From: an uncultured Gemmatimonadales bacterium
GTDB lineage: Bacteria; Gemmatimonadota; Gemmatimonadetes; Gemmatimonadales; GWC2-71-9
Assembly: GCA_963739455.1 (NCBI GenBank)
Contig: CAVUAK010000001.1
Location: forward strand, 480,001-544,000
DNA length: 64,000 bases
Direction of reading: 5' to 3'
The notes beneath the pieces are model-generated. The model made no database searches, had not been told where the DNA came from, and was given only the letters and a program-made list of their open reading frames with translations. Positions 30,829 to 41,112 of this stretch are shown piece by piece; positions within the stretch are counted from its first letter, which is position 1; each line of letters opens with the position of its first letter. The position numbers and the translations under genes are program-made.

Positions 30829-30870
30829 AAAAAAACAACCGGGCGACAGCGTTTCGCTGCCGCCCGGTTG
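30829..30870 (-). terminator. Rho-independent terminator of pilin 30889-31284
   Basis: CAACCGGGCG.CAGCG/CGCTG.CGCCCGGTTG stem followed by U7 on the minus strand. Confidence 0.85.
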
Positions 30871-30888
30871 AATTGTTCTTCGGTCAGA

Positions 30889-31284
30889 TCACGGGCAGCG
30901 AATCACACCATCAAGCGTCGGGGCGGCGCCAGCGCCGACCTGCACCTGGCAGCTGTTCGTGCTACCGGTCGAGATGCTCGTGTTGTTCACGGCCGCGGTC
31001 CAGCCGCTCGCCAGTGCCGTGATGCCCGTCGCGACGTTACCGGACGAGAACGAGAAGTTGTACGGAGCGCCCTGGATCGTTCCAACGCCGTTCGCGTAGG
31101 TCGAATAGTCCGAGAAGTACGCTTCCTGGGCGGTCATCAGGTTCCGCAGGTCGGTCTTGATGGACGCCAACTTCGCCTTGTCCTTCGTGGTGGCGAACTT
31201 CGGAATCGCGATCGCCGCCAGGATGCCGATGATCACAACCACGATCAACAGCTCGATGAGGGTAAAGCCCTTACGATTGAACAT
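30889..31284 (-). CDS. pilA: Type IVa major pilin
   Basis: MFNRKG|FTLIELLIVVVIIGILAAIAIPKF; GGAGG SD; two C-terminal Cys; own promoter and terminator. Confidence 0.92.
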   Translation of the reverse strand: MFNRKGFTLIELLIVVVIIGILAAIAIPKFATTKDKAKLASIKTDLRNLMTAQEAYFSDYSTYANGVGTIQGAPYNFSFSSGNVATGITALASGWTAAVNNTSISTGSTNSCQVQVGAGAAPTLDGVIRCP

Positions 31285-31346
31285 TTCCTGCCTCCCTATA
31301 GTGTTGGCCCTGTGGGCACGGTCTGGCAACGCCGACGAAGATAAGG

Positions 31347-31361
31347 GCAACGCCTATGCCA
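31347..31361 (-). promoter_or_regulatory. Sigma54 promoter of pilA
   Basis: TGGCATAGGCGTTGC. Confidence 0.8.
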
Positions 31362-31576
31362 GTTTGGTTCGAAAAAGCGCATCATGTTACGGCAAAACAA
31401 CTTAGGGCAATACTCAAGAGCCGCTGACCCCAAGGCTCACCTCTGTAAGTCTGGAAAACTGCAAGAGCCAAGTTCTACCCGGCGCCCTGCTAGGCCCAAC
31501 TTCGTACGGACCAACAATTGCACTTGTGTTCGAAAAGCTGGCACGACCTATTCATTCATCGCGCACCCTGAACTCC

Positions 31577-33301
31577 ATGGTCCTGACCTTGTCTGTCCGA
31601 AAGCCGGTGCGCTGGCTGCTCACGACCGCCGTCGCCCTGCTCGCCATCAGTGCCAGCGCAACGAGCCTGCCAAACATCTTCGTACAGGATGACATTGCGG
31701 TCGTCCGGAACAACGACGAGAACCATAGTCTCAGCGCTCCGTGGATGGCCTTTTCCCGTCCGTACTGGCCCAAACCGTTCAGTCCCGACCTCTACCGGCC
31801 CCTCCAGTCACTTGCACTCGCAACACAGTGGGTGGCCGGCGGTGGCAGGCCTGCACTCTTCCGCATTACGAGCATCCTGCTTTATACAACGTCCGCTGTA
31901 GCCTTTTTATGGTTGGCCGGCATGCTGCTGCCGATCGAGGCGGCATGGGTCGCTGCGGCTCTGTTCGCCGTGCATCCGCTTCACGTCGAAGCCGTCGCGG
32001 TCGCCGTGAACCAGGGCGAGATGATCGTGGGCTTGATCGCGACGCTCTGGGTGGGATTCTATGTCCTCGCGCGACGCCGCGGCGCCCTGAGCGCGCGCGC
32101 ATGCGTTGGCTATGTGCTCACATATGTTCTCGCGTGCTTCTTCAAGGAAAACGCTGTCATACTTCCCGGGTTGCTGATCGCGGCTGAGCTCACGCTGGTG
32201 AGTGACCCTCGGCCTGTCCGGGTACGGGTCGATGGCATACGCCCCCTGATCCTCGCACTGATCGCTACGGGGCTTGTCTTCCTCAGCGTGCGATCGATCG
32301 TGCTAAACAATGTCGTGGGCACCTTCACCGCCGAGGCACTGCAGGGCCTGTCGGTGGGTCAGCGCGGCATGACGATGATTGGGATCGTGCCCGAGTGGGT
32401 ACGGCTGCTCGCTTGGCCGGCACACTTGCAGGCCGACTACTCGCCGCAAGAAACGAGCGGAGCTACCAACTGGGGACTGGCACAGACTCTGGGGCTCATA
32501 TTGCTGACAGGGTCGATATGCGGCGCCGTCGCGGCGCGTCGGATCGCACCGGTTGCGACCTTCGGATTGCTCTGGACAGCCATCGCACTCTTTCCAGTGA
32601 GCAACGTCCTGGTGCCAACGGGGGTCGTTCTCGCCGAGCGAACCCTGTATCTCGCCAGCATTGGCTTTCTGCTCACCACAGGGGCGCTCCTAGCCTTGGC
32701 CTTCAACGGCCTATCCCGAGACCGCCCTGCGATTCGCCGAACCGTCCTCGGAGCCCTGACGCTGCTTGTCTTAGCAGGGATGGTCGCAAGCGCAAGGCGC
32801 CAGCGAACGTGGGCAACACCGCATACGCATGCTTTGACGCTCTTGTTAGACGCCCCCCTGAGCTACCGTGCACACCATGGCATCGCAGGATTGCTCTGGG
32901 CAGACCGACAGTATGAGGCCTCCGAGCGGGAGTACCGCCGCGCGCTGGAGCTATACCCTGGCGGGTTTACGGTCGCCCGGGACTTGGCCGATCACCTGCG
33001 GCTCCAGGCCAGGTGTGGCGATGCGATTCCGCTGTACCAGCAAGCGCTTCGCAATGCCCCCGCACTCACTGAAATCCGCTCTTCGTACATCGCGTGCCTG
33101 ATGTATGAGGGTCGATATGAAGTGGCACGCTCGCAGGCCCGGATAGGACTCGCCGTGGACGGTGGCGGAGCCGATTCGCTCAACCTGAGGAACTTCAAGG
33201 CAGCTGCAGAGCGTGCCATCATCGAGAAGCCAGCGCCTGGCACGGTGCGCCTGACTGTACAGCAAAAGGCCCACGATTCCGTCGCACAGGACGGAGAATG
33301 A
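31577..33301 (+). CDS. TMTC-like (DUF1736-type) GT-C glycosyltransferase with C-terminal TPRs
   Basis: FVQDD, LYRPL, LFAVHPLHVEAV, FKEN, WP.HLQADYS, AERTLYL; many TMs; TPR tail. ORF open from 31526. Confidence 0.8.
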   Translation: MVLTLSVRKPVRWLLTTAVALLAISASATSLPNIFVQDDIAVVRNNDENHSLSAPWMAFSRPYWPKPFSPDLYRPLQSLALATQWVAGGGRPALFRITSILLYTTSAVAFLWLAGMLLPIEAAWVAAALFAVHPLHVEAVAVAVNQGEMIVGLIATLWVGFYVLARRRGALSARACVGYVLTYVLACFFKENAVILPGLLIAAELTLVSDPRPVRVRVDGIRPLILALIATGLVFLSVRSIVLNNVVGTFTAEALQGLSVGQRGMTMIGIVPEWVRLLAWPAHLQADYSPQETSGATNWGLAQTLGLILLTGSICGAVAARRIAPVATFGLLWTAIALFPVSNVLVPTGVVLAERTLYLASIGFLLTTGALLALAFNGLSRDRPAIRRTVLGALTLLVLAGMVASARRQRTWATPHTHALTLLLDAPLSYRAHHGIAGLLWADRQYEASEREYRRALELYPGGFTVARDLADHLRLQARCGDAIPLYQQALRNAPALTEIRSSYIACLMYEGRYEVARSQARIGLAVDGGGADSLNLRNFKAAAERAIIEKPAPGTVRLTVQQKAHDSVAQDGE

Positions 33302-34920
33302 CACTACTCGGGGCGATACTTCTTGCGCTGCTGGCGATCGTGGTACTCCGCTGGCGGTCTGCACCTGCGTTTCTCACAGCATCGCGGAACCTGCAGGCGA
33401 TCGTGCCGCTCGCAATCGCCGCTGCCGCCATCGGGATCACATGGAATGCCTGGGGCTCGCTTGACCCGCTCGCCACGGTCAGCGACGAGGCAGCCTATGT
33501 CCTGCAGGCCAAGCTGCTGGCCCAGGGACACATTGCCGGCGATGCGCCTCCCATCGGAGAGTTCTTTGAGCAGGCGCATGTCCTCGTCACGCCTCGGTTG
33601 GCACCCAAGTATCCGATCGGGTTCGGACTGGCGCTGGCGCCTGGCGTCCTCCTTGGGGCGCCGGCGCTCATCCCGCTCCTGCTGACGGGCCTCTCCGGCG
33701 CGCTGGTCTTCCTGCTGTGTCGCAGGATCTGGAGTGGCTCCGTCGCAGTACTTGCTGCCGCCATATGGCTCGCAGGCCCTGGCGGGCGCTTCCGCGCGGG
33801 CTACTTCAGCGAGACGCTCAGCGGTGCGATGTGCCTGCTCGCGTGGTACGCCCTGCTGCGCTGGCGCGCCGAGAGAACAAGTTCGTGGCTCGTAACTGTC
33901 GCGGCCGCCATCGCGATGGCGGCGATCACCCGACCACTGACGGCGTTAGTCTTTGCGTTGCCCATCGCCTTCGTGACAATGCGTGACGTCGTTCGATTGC
34001 GCACTTGGCGGCCAGCAGGTGCGGCGGCCGCGGTGGCATTCCTGGTCCTGGCCGCACTGCCGATACAGGACGCCGCGACCGGTGGACCGTGGTGGCAACT
34101 CACGTACGGCCGGTATACACGCGCATATCTCCCATTCGATCGCATGGGACTCGGTCTCGACAGTACACCGCCTGCGCGGACGCGGCCGCCGGATCTCGAG
34201 CGCCTGGCGCGGGCCTATTCAGCGGTCCACCGCGACTACACCGCCTCGCGCGTAGCGCCAGCCCTGGTTGCACGCTTCGAGGCATATCTCTCCGATCTGG
34301 CGGGAGAATGGGTCCTCTCCGCCTTTGTGCTCCTCATCGCCGGCGTGGTGACTGGACCTGCCGCCCTGCGCTTCGGTGCAGGCACTGTTGTACTCCTGTT
34401 CCTCGCGCATCTGCCCTACGCGCACCCCCCGGAATGGAGCCTCTACTATTCGGAGGCACTACCGGTTGGGGCGGCCGCGATCGCCGCCGGGGTTGCGGTG
34501 ATCGCGTCATGGGTCGCGGCGCGGCTCTCAGTCGACCGGCCGACCGAGCGCACGGCCTTGCTACTCCTGATCGTAAGCGCGGCAGCTATGTGGCCCCTGC
34601 CGGAGCGCATTTCCGCAACACGGCTGACCCTGGAAGTGTCGCGCGAGCCCCTGCTCCGTTTCCAGGCAGCTGCCGTAGGCGTCCAGACGCCGGCGGTGAT
34701 TTTTGTACGGTATGCGCCGGGCCATCGAATGCACCGCAGCATCATTCAGAATCCATCCAACTACGGCATGGCGCCAGTGTGGACGGTATACGACCGCGGC
34801 GACGACAACGTCCGGCTCCTCGCCGTGGCGGGCGGGCGCAATGCATACCTGTATGACGAGCGGTGGGAAAGGGTCATTCGACTTGATTCGACTGCTTCCC
34901 GTAGCACAGACGCGCCGTGA
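33298..34920 (+). CDS. GT-C fold membrane glycosyltransferase (PMT/ArnT-like)
   Basis: SDEAAYVLQA acidic loop, KYPIG, TRPLTA, many TMs, soluble C-terminal domain. Confidence 0.7.
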   Translation: MTLLGAILLALLAIVVLRWRSAPAFLTASRNLQAIVPLAIAAAAIGITWNAWGSLDPLATVSDEAAYVLQAKLLAQGHIAGDAPPIGEFFEQAHVLVTPRLAPKYPIGFGLALAPGVLLGAPALIPLLLTGLSGALVFLLCRRIWSGSVAVLAAAIWLAGPGGRFRAGYFSETLSGAMCLLAWYALLRWRAERTSSWLVTVAAAIAMAAITRPLTALVFALPIAFVTMRDVVRLRTWRPAGAAAAVAFLVLAALPIQDAATGGPWWQLTYGRYTRAYLPFDRMGLGLDSTPPARTRPPDLERLARAYSAVHRDYTASRVAPALVARFEAYLSDLAGEWVLSAFVLLIAGVVTGPAALRFGAGTVVLLFLAHLPYAHPPEWSLYYSEALPVGAAAIAAGVAVIASWVAARLSVDRPTERTALLLLIVSAAAMWPLPERISATRLTLEVSREPLLRFQAAAVGVQTPAVIFVRYAPGHRMHRSIIQNPSNYGMAPVWTVYDRGDDNVRLLAVAGGRNAYLYDERWERVIRLDSTASRSTDAP

Positions 34921-36554
34921 CGTGGCGCGCGTCGACGAGTGTGGGTCCCTGCCTGCCCTGGGCTGCCAGCATATTGGCCGTCGTTGTCGCGGTGACCAGC
35001 CTCCACAACGGCTTTGCCTACGACGATCTGCTGGTAATAGTGGACAACACGCGCGTTACCACCCTTTCTCCACCCTGGGTGTACCTCGGGCAGTCGTACT
35101 GGCCGGGTGGTGGCCTCTACCGTCCGTTGGCGGTCTGGCTTCTCGCAGTCCTGTGGCACCTCGGCGGCGGCTCCGCCTGGCTATTCCACGCCGTGAATAT
35201 CGGCCTCCACGCTTTGGTCACCTGGCTCGTGTACCTGCTTGCCCGCCGCACCCTTCCGCAGGCGTGGGCCGGCTTCGCCGCCATGCTGTTCGCGGTGCAC
35301 CCTGTGCACGTGGAAGCGGTGGCGAATGTTGTCGGCATGTCGGAACTGCTGTGTACCGGGCTAGTTCTCGGCGCGGTCCTCCTAGCCCAGCGCGGCATGA
35401 GGAGCGGATTTACGGCCGGGCTCCGGCTTGGTGTGATTGGACTCGCCACGCTCGCAGCACTCAGCAAGGAACAGGGGTTCGTGACACCGGCTCTATTGCT
35501 GCTCACTGCTGGGCTGCTGGGACCCGGCCCCGGCGCGAGTACCGTCAGGCGGGTTGCCCCCGTAGTGGGCGCACTCATTGTGCTGCTACTGGCCCTCATG
35601 TTGCCGCGCGCCGCAGTGCTTGGCGGGTTCACGGGCCATGACCCGGTAGCGCCACTACAAGGCCTGACACCATGGGCACGCGTACTGGTCTCACTTGGAA
35701 CGGTGCCCGAGTGGGTGCGATTGCTCATCTGGCCCGCGAGGCTCAGCTTCGACTACTCTCCACCGGGCTTCTTGGTCGCCTCCACCATCAGTGCAATTCA
35801 CCTCCTTGCTGGCTTGATCCTGATGGCCTGTTTTGCACTAGCGTGGGCATGTCGCGAGCGCGCCCCCACGGTCACGCTCGGCATTGCTTGGGCAGCTATC
35901 GCACTGCTGCCGATCAGCAACCTGATCCTACCGACCGGCGTGCTGCTTGCGGAGCGAACCCTTTACCTGGCGAGTGTGGGCGCGGTACTGGCGATCGCTG
36001 GCGTGGGTGACCTGGTATGGCGCCAGTGGCCCTCGGGCGCCGTCCGCCTGGTCCTGGTGACGGCAACGGTGGCAGCAGTGCTCGCGTCGGCCGGTTGGAG
36101 TGCCGCGCGTGCCGGGATTTGGCGCGACAACGAGGCCCTGTTCTCTCAAGTCGACGTCGAGGCTACCAACAGCTATCGTGCTCATCGCCTGCGCGCAACG
36201 CACCTGGATCGACAGGGTCGGCTCGAGGAGGCTGAGCGTGAGTACCGGCGATCAATCGCGCTCTGGGGCCACGACCCGAAGGCATTCGAGGACCTCGCGA
36301 TTCTCTTACAGAGGCAGGCTCGTGATGAGGAGGCGGCTGAGGTGTTGCTAGCCGGTCTTGAGGTCGCTCCAACAGCCCCGGTCATGCGGAGCAAGCTCTA
36401 TCATATCGAGGCCAAGCGTCAGGATTGGCAACGCGCTCGCGCGACGGCTGCTCTCGGCGTCTCCCTGGGTGACACTATGTTCGCACAACTCGTGCGCCGC
36501 GCTGACAGCGCGCTCGCTGCATCCGACCTCTCCTCAACTCCCGCTGGACGCTAA
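34917..36554 (+). CDS. Second TMTC-like GT-C glycosyltransferase with TPRs
   Basis: FAYDD, LYRPL, LFAVHPVHVEAV, SKEQG, LSFDYS, AERTLYL, W.DNEALF. Confidence 0.8.
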   Translation: MTWRASTSVGPCLPWAASILAVVVAVTSLHNGFAYDDLLVIVDNTRVTTLSPPWVYLGQSYWPGGGLYRPLAVWLLAVLWHLGGGSAWLFHAVNIGLHALVTWLVYLLARRTLPQAWAGFAAMLFAVHPVHVEAVANVVGMSELLCTGLVLGAVLLAQRGMRSGFTAGLRLGVIGLATLAALSKEQGFVTPALLLLTAGLLGPGPGASTVRRVAPVVGALIVLLLALMLPRAAVLGGFTGHDPVAPLQGLTPWARVLVSLGTVPEWVRLLIWPARLSFDYSPPGFLVASTISAIHLLAGLILMACFALAWACRERAPTVTLGIAWAAIALLPISNLILPTGVLLAERTLYLASVGAVLAIAGVGDLVWRQWPSGAVRLVLVTATVAAVLASAGWSAARAGIWRDNEALFSQVDVEATNSYRAHRLRATHLDRQGRLEEAEREYRRSIALWGHDPKAFEDLAILLQRQARDEEAAEVLLAGLEVAPTAPVMRSKLYHIEAKRQDWQRARATAALGVSLGDTMFAQLVRRADSALAASDLSSTPAGR

Positions 36555-37744
36555 TGCCAACGAGGAATGATGTGGTTCGGGCCCCGGTGCCCATAGAGCT
36601 CACGGTGGTCGTTCCGTGCCTCAACGAAGTGGCAACCGTGGGTCGCTGCGTCGACAAGGCGGTGCGCTCTATGCGGGAGCATGGGATTAGCGGCGAGGTA
36701 ATCGTCGCGGACAACGGTAGCAGCGATGGTTCGCAGGATGCCGCAGAAGCGGCTGGCGGACGCGTAGTCGTCGTGGAGGCCCGCGGCTATGGCAACGCGC
36801 TCGCTGGCGGGATCGCCGCCGCGCGCGGCCGCTTTGTGCTCATGGGTGACGCCGATGACAGCTACGACTTCACCGAGCTCCCACGGTTCGTGGTGCCCCT
36901 GCGAGACGGCGTAGACTTGGTGCAGGGTTGTCGGTTGCCCTCTGGCGGGGGCACCATACGGCCCGGCGCAATGCCATTCCTGCACCGTGTCTGGGGCAAC
37001 CCGATGTTCTCGTGGCTCGCCCGCCGGTGGTTCGGGGTCCCGATCCACGACATCTACTGCGGCATGCGCGCCTTTCGCTCCGGCCTCCCCGGTGATCTCG
37101 ACCTTCGTTGCACCGGCATGGAGTACGCCACGGAGATGATCATCAAGGCAACCCTGTCCGGCGCGCGTATCGGTCAGGTGCCCATTACGCTATGGCCCGA
37201 CGGTCGGGGCGACCAGCGCCCGCACCTTCGCACCTTCCGTGATGGGTGGCGTACGCTTCGCTTCTTCCTGGCACTCAGTCCGCGCTGGCTGTTCCTGGTG
37301 CCAGGTGTCGTGATCATGCTGATCGGTGCAACGGCCGCCGCGGTAGCGCTGCCGGGACTTCGGGTGGGCCGTGTCCACTTCGACGTGCACACTCTTCTCG
37401 TCGGCGGGCTGATGATCGTCTGTGGCTACCAAGCGGTGGTGTTCGCTTTCCTGACCAAGATCTTTGCCATCACTGAGGGGTTGCTGCCCGAAGACCCGCG
37501 CATGAATCAGCTGTATGAGGTCTTCAACCTTGAGCGCGGCATCGTGGCCGGCGTTGCCGCGACGACCGTCGGAGCCGGACTCATTGCGGTTGCAGTCGGC
37601 CAGTGGATCGCGCGCGACCTCGGTGCGCTGGACTATGCCCAGACCATGCGCTGGGTCATTCCGGGCACCATCCTCGTTACCCTCGGAGTCCAGACCGTGC
37701 TGTCGAGTTTTTTCTTCAGTATCCTGGGACTGCGACGCCGATGA
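36554..37744 (+). CDS. GT2 polyprenol-phosphate sugar synthase (Dpm1-like) with C-terminal TMs
   Basis: VVVPCLNE, DNGSSDGS, GYGNA, DADDSY, HLRTFRDGW. Confidence 0.88.
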   Translation: MPTRNDVVRAPVPIELTVVVPCLNEVATVGRCVDKAVRSMREHGISGEVIVADNGSSDGSQDAAEAAGGRVVVVEARGYGNALAGGIAAARGRFVLMGDADDSYDFTELPRFVVPLRDGVDLVQGCRLPSGGGTIRPGAMPFLHRVWGNPMFSWLARRWFGVPIHDIYCGMRAFRSGLPGDLDLRCTGMEYATEMIIKATLSGARIGQVPITLWPDGRGDQRPHLRTFRDGWRTLRFFLALSPRWLFLVPGVVIMLIGATAAAVALPGLRVGRVHFDVHTLLVGGLMIVCGYQAVVFAFLTKIFAITEGLLPEDPRMNQLYEVFNLERGIVAGVAATTVGAGLIAVAVGQWIARDLGALDYAQTMRWVIPGTILVTLGVQTVLSSFFFSILGLRRR

Positions 37745-38361
37745 GCCTGGTCGGCGGTCTGCACACGCGCCTCGTCTTTCCACGGCGCATTCGAAAGCTG
37801 GCGGCCCACATCGCCCCGCTCTTGCCACGCGACGCGTCCATACTGGATGTTGGCTGCGGCGACGGCATGCTCGGACGCACCATACGCCGCGAACGGCCCG
37901 ATTTGGCGCTGACGGGTGTGGACGTACTCGTTCGGCCCAGGACCTATATCCCGGTTCGAGAGTTCGACGGTCTTACCCTGCCTGCGGAGGGCATGTCCGT
38001 TGACGTCATTCTGCTGGTGGACGTACTACACCATGCCGTCGACCCTGTGCGTCTGCTTCTGGAGGCGGCGCGCGTGGCGCGCCAGGCGATCGTCATCAAG
38101 GATCACGTACAGGCGAGCTGGCTGGATCGCCAAACCCTGCGGGTCATGGACTGGACGGGAAATGCAGCACACGGCGTGGCACTGCCGTACAATTACTGGA
38201 CCGCGAAGGAGTGGACTTTGGCGCTGCAACGCATCGGAGCCGCCATTGAGACCTGGAACACGGACCTTGGCCTGTATCCCTGGCCCGCATCTGCAATCTT
38301 CGATCGTTCCCTCCATTTCCTGGCACGAATAGGCGCAGGTCGTGCCGTTCGCCCTACCTGA
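37741..38361 (+). CDS. Class I SAM-dependent methyltransferase
   Basis: ILDVGCGDG, DVLHH; ATGA overlap with the GT2 gene. Confidence 0.88.
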   Translation: MSLVGGLHTRLVFPRRIRKLAAHIAPLLPRDASILDVGCGDGMLGRTIRRERPDLALTGVDVLVRPRTYIPVREFDGLTLPAEGMSVDVILLVDVLHHAVDPVRLLLEAARVARQAIVIKDHVQASWLDRQTLRVMDWTGNAAHGVALPYNYWTAKEWTLALQRIGAAIETWNTDLGLYPWPASAIFDRSLHFLARIGAGRAVRPT

Positions 38362-40390
38362 GGACGCCGCCCTCGGCCTGGTCGCCGGCCAAGGCCATCA
38401 TGGAATCCCGGCTCACCCGCTGAAAGACTGGAACACTCAATAGCGTAGAGGACGCCGGACGCAGCAGGTACACCGGGCGGTCTGGCTCAAGCGCCAGCAA
38501 TAGCGCATTCCGCTCATGGAGATCGCGCACGAAGATGTTCCTTCCGCGCGTGAGCAGCAGAGGTGGGAAGATCGTGAAGCCTTCGCGATCCTCCTCGATG
38601 CGCCGGATGCACTCGGGGGGATACGCCGAGCCCACCTGATGAAGCTCGGTCGTGTCAGGCGAATATGGCGATCTCTCCAGGCGCGCCGAATCAGCCATCA
38701 TTAGCCGCAATTCAGCTCCGATAGCCGGGCCGGTCGGTCGACTGGATGGCATCATTCGCTCGAAGTGCCCGATCGCCTGGTCGAGCCGACAGATATCGGT
38801 CTTTCGATAGAGCTGCTCCGTCTCGCCCTTGGGCACTCCCAAGGCCCATGTTCGGGTAATCACCTGTGCTCCCCAACTTTCGCGCACGAAAACGATTGCT
38901 CCCTCGACCCCCGACGCGGCCGCCGCGCTGTCAGCATCCCATCGAAGCGTGGTGAAGCTGTTCGCGTAACTCCGAGCCCGAAGCGGAATGTTTACCGCAA
39001 CAGCGAGGAGAAGCGCCACAGCGGCACCGTACACTGAAGTCCAGTAGGCGGTACCTGCGCCGAACCTGTCCTCAAGAACAGAGGGCAGGCGCGCTGTCCA
39101 GAGCGCCAGCATGGGGAGCAAGGGATAGAAGAAGCGTGGGCCGAGAAACAACCCGTCATGCCAATAGGCGAAGTACAGAACCACAAGGAGCGCGGCCGAC
39201 GCCAACAAATAGAGGTTTCCCGGGGGCAGCTTCCGCACGAGCGCCAGCGAGAGAAATGCCGGCAGCAGCGACGGCACCGATATCTCAAAGAGAAAAGTTT
39301 GCAAGCGGAGAAAGTACTTATTGATAAGTACGAGGCCATCGAGTGGGGTATGCCGTTCTCCCCACGGTGACCCCTGGAACCCGAGTCCTACGTGGGGTCC
39401 CCACAGCACCTCATAGCCGAATCGGAAGGCCGAGCCAGTGGTCGCGGCCTGGAGCGCAAAGAGCAGCGACAACGGGATCGCCACTCCAATACCCGCCGCC
39501 AGGAGGTCAACGACCCGGGAACGGTCCTTCAGAGCCCTAAGCAGATACCAGCAGGCAGCCGGCAACGCAAACGCAACCGCATCCAGGGGTCGGATGGTCG
39601 CGGCCATGCCGAACCCCAGGCCCCCGGCAAGGGCCACACCGGGTCGACGCGTGGGCGAGAGCAGGGCATTGACAGTGCCAGCCATGCCGAGCAGCAGGAA
39701 CGTCAGATTGGGCACATGATTCATGTGCGAACCGGCCATGAATGCCGTGAACGGCGCAAACGCAAACAGCAGCAGCGCGAGTACACGCACGGAGGCGCGG
39801 GGTTCGCTCACGCGGAGCAGCCACGCCATGAGCAGTACGGAGAGCACAGCGCATACGGGCCCGCTGATCCAAGGAGCATGCACCAGTTCGCCAAGCGCTA
39901 GGATTGCAGGACCACCGGGAGGGAAGTGGCCGTAGGTCTTTGTCCCGTCGTTCACCATGTTCAGTATGGCGGTGAACTCCGGGTACTGCGGCGTCGGTGC
40001 CCATAGGCGACCGGACGCAAAGATCCGCGCCTGGATTACCTCGACGATCTCGTCGATGATGAGTGGCCGACGGTCGAACGTCAGAGTCGAGACGAGTACA
40101 TAGACCAAGAATGACGAAAACGCGATGGTTGCAACAGCAACCCACCGCGGAGTGTCAGGCCCAAGCCGTAGAATTCCGGCTAGACGCGCACGCCATACGA
40201 GACTGTACGGGCGCAGCAGCACTGCCAGCACGGCCCCGGCCCCAATGACAATTGCGCCGCCAAGGAGCCATTCGGAGAGTGCCGCGTCGAACCACGTTAT
40301 CGACCGGCTACCAGGCAACCAGTTTGAGATGGGAAGGAACCCGAAAACAACGATCACTCCTGCCGCCACACGAGCGGGCCACGCCTTCAT
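38354..40390 (-). CDS. GT-C fold membrane glycosyltransferase
   Basis: IDEIVEVIQA loop, HFPPG, IRPLDA, GPRFFY; resembles 33298-34920. Confidence 0.72.
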   Translation of the reverse strand: MKAWPARVAAGVIVVFGFLPISNWLPGSRSITWFDAALSEWLLGGAIVIGAGAVLAVLLRPYSLVWRARLAGILRLGPDTPRWVAVATIAFSSFLVYVLVSTLTFDRRPLIIDEIVEVIQARIFASGRLWAPTPQYPEFTAILNMVNDGTKTYGHFPPGGPAILALGELVHAPWISGPVCAVLSVLLMAWLLRVSEPRASVRVLALLLFAFAPFTAFMAGSHMNHVPNLTFLLLGMAGTVNALLSPTRRPGVALAGGLGFGMAATIRPLDAVAFALPAACWYLLRALKDRSRVVDLLAAGIGVAIPLSLLFALQAATTGSAFRFGYEVLWGPHVGLGFQGSPWGERHTPLDGLVLINKYFLRLQTFLFEISVPSLLPAFLSLALVRKLPPGNLYLLASAALLVVLYFAYWHDGLFLGPRFFYPLLPMLALWTARLPSVLEDRFGAGTAYWTSVYGAAVALLLAVAVNIPLRARSYANSFTTLRWDADSAAAASGVEGAIVFVRESWGAQVITRTWALGVPKGETEQLYRKTDICRLDQAIGHFERMMPSSRPTGPAIGAELRLMMADSARLERSPYSPDTTELHQVGSAYPPECIRRIEEDREGFTIFPPLLLTRGRNIFVRDLHERNALLLALEPDRPVYLLRPASSTLLSVPVFQRVSRDSMMALAGDQAEGGVLR

Positions 40391-41112
40391 TGGGGGAGGC
40401 GGCGCGGCGGTGGAGGAAAAAGGTTGAAGCGGACGATGTGGAAGAAGGCGGCGACGCCATCCTTCCACCCGATCTTCTTGCCTTCCTCGTAGGTGCGGCC
40501 CGGAGTAGGAGATGGGAATCTCCCAGATCCGGGCGCGCGCCTGTGCCAGGCGCGCGGTGACCTCGGGCTCGAACCCGAATCGATCACGTGGTTAGGATGA
40601 GCGACTTCATCACGGGAGCCCGCACCATCTTGTAGCAGGTCTCCATGTCGGTCAGGTTCAGGTTGGTGAACATGTTCGACAGGAGCGTGAGGAGGCGGTT
40701 GCCGACCGAGTGCCAGAAGTAGAGGACCCGGCGCTCGCCACCGGCGAACCGGGAACCGAACACGGCGTCGGCCTTGCCCTCGACGATGGGACCGATGAGG
40801 CGACCGAACTCGTGCGGGTCATACTCGAGGTCGGCATCCTGGACCACGATCACGTCGCCGGTCGCGATCTCGATCCCCTTTCGCAGTGCGGCGCCCTTGC
40901 CCGCGATTGACCGGCTGGTGAAACACGACCTCCACCAGTCCCTCGGCCTTCAACTGATCAAGCAGCTGCGCACTGCCGTCCGTGGAGCAGTCATTGACGC
41001 AGATGATCTCCATCGGCAATGGCACGGCGTGGAGGATGTCGATGATCGTCCGCAGGGTCCTGATTTCGTTGTAGACCGGCACGATGACGGACAGCTTCGG
41101 GAGCTCAGCCAT
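40387..41112 (-). CDS. GT2 polyprenol-phosphate sugar synthase (2 frameshifts)
   Basis: [46 protein letters not shown] across three frames. Confidence 0.88.
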
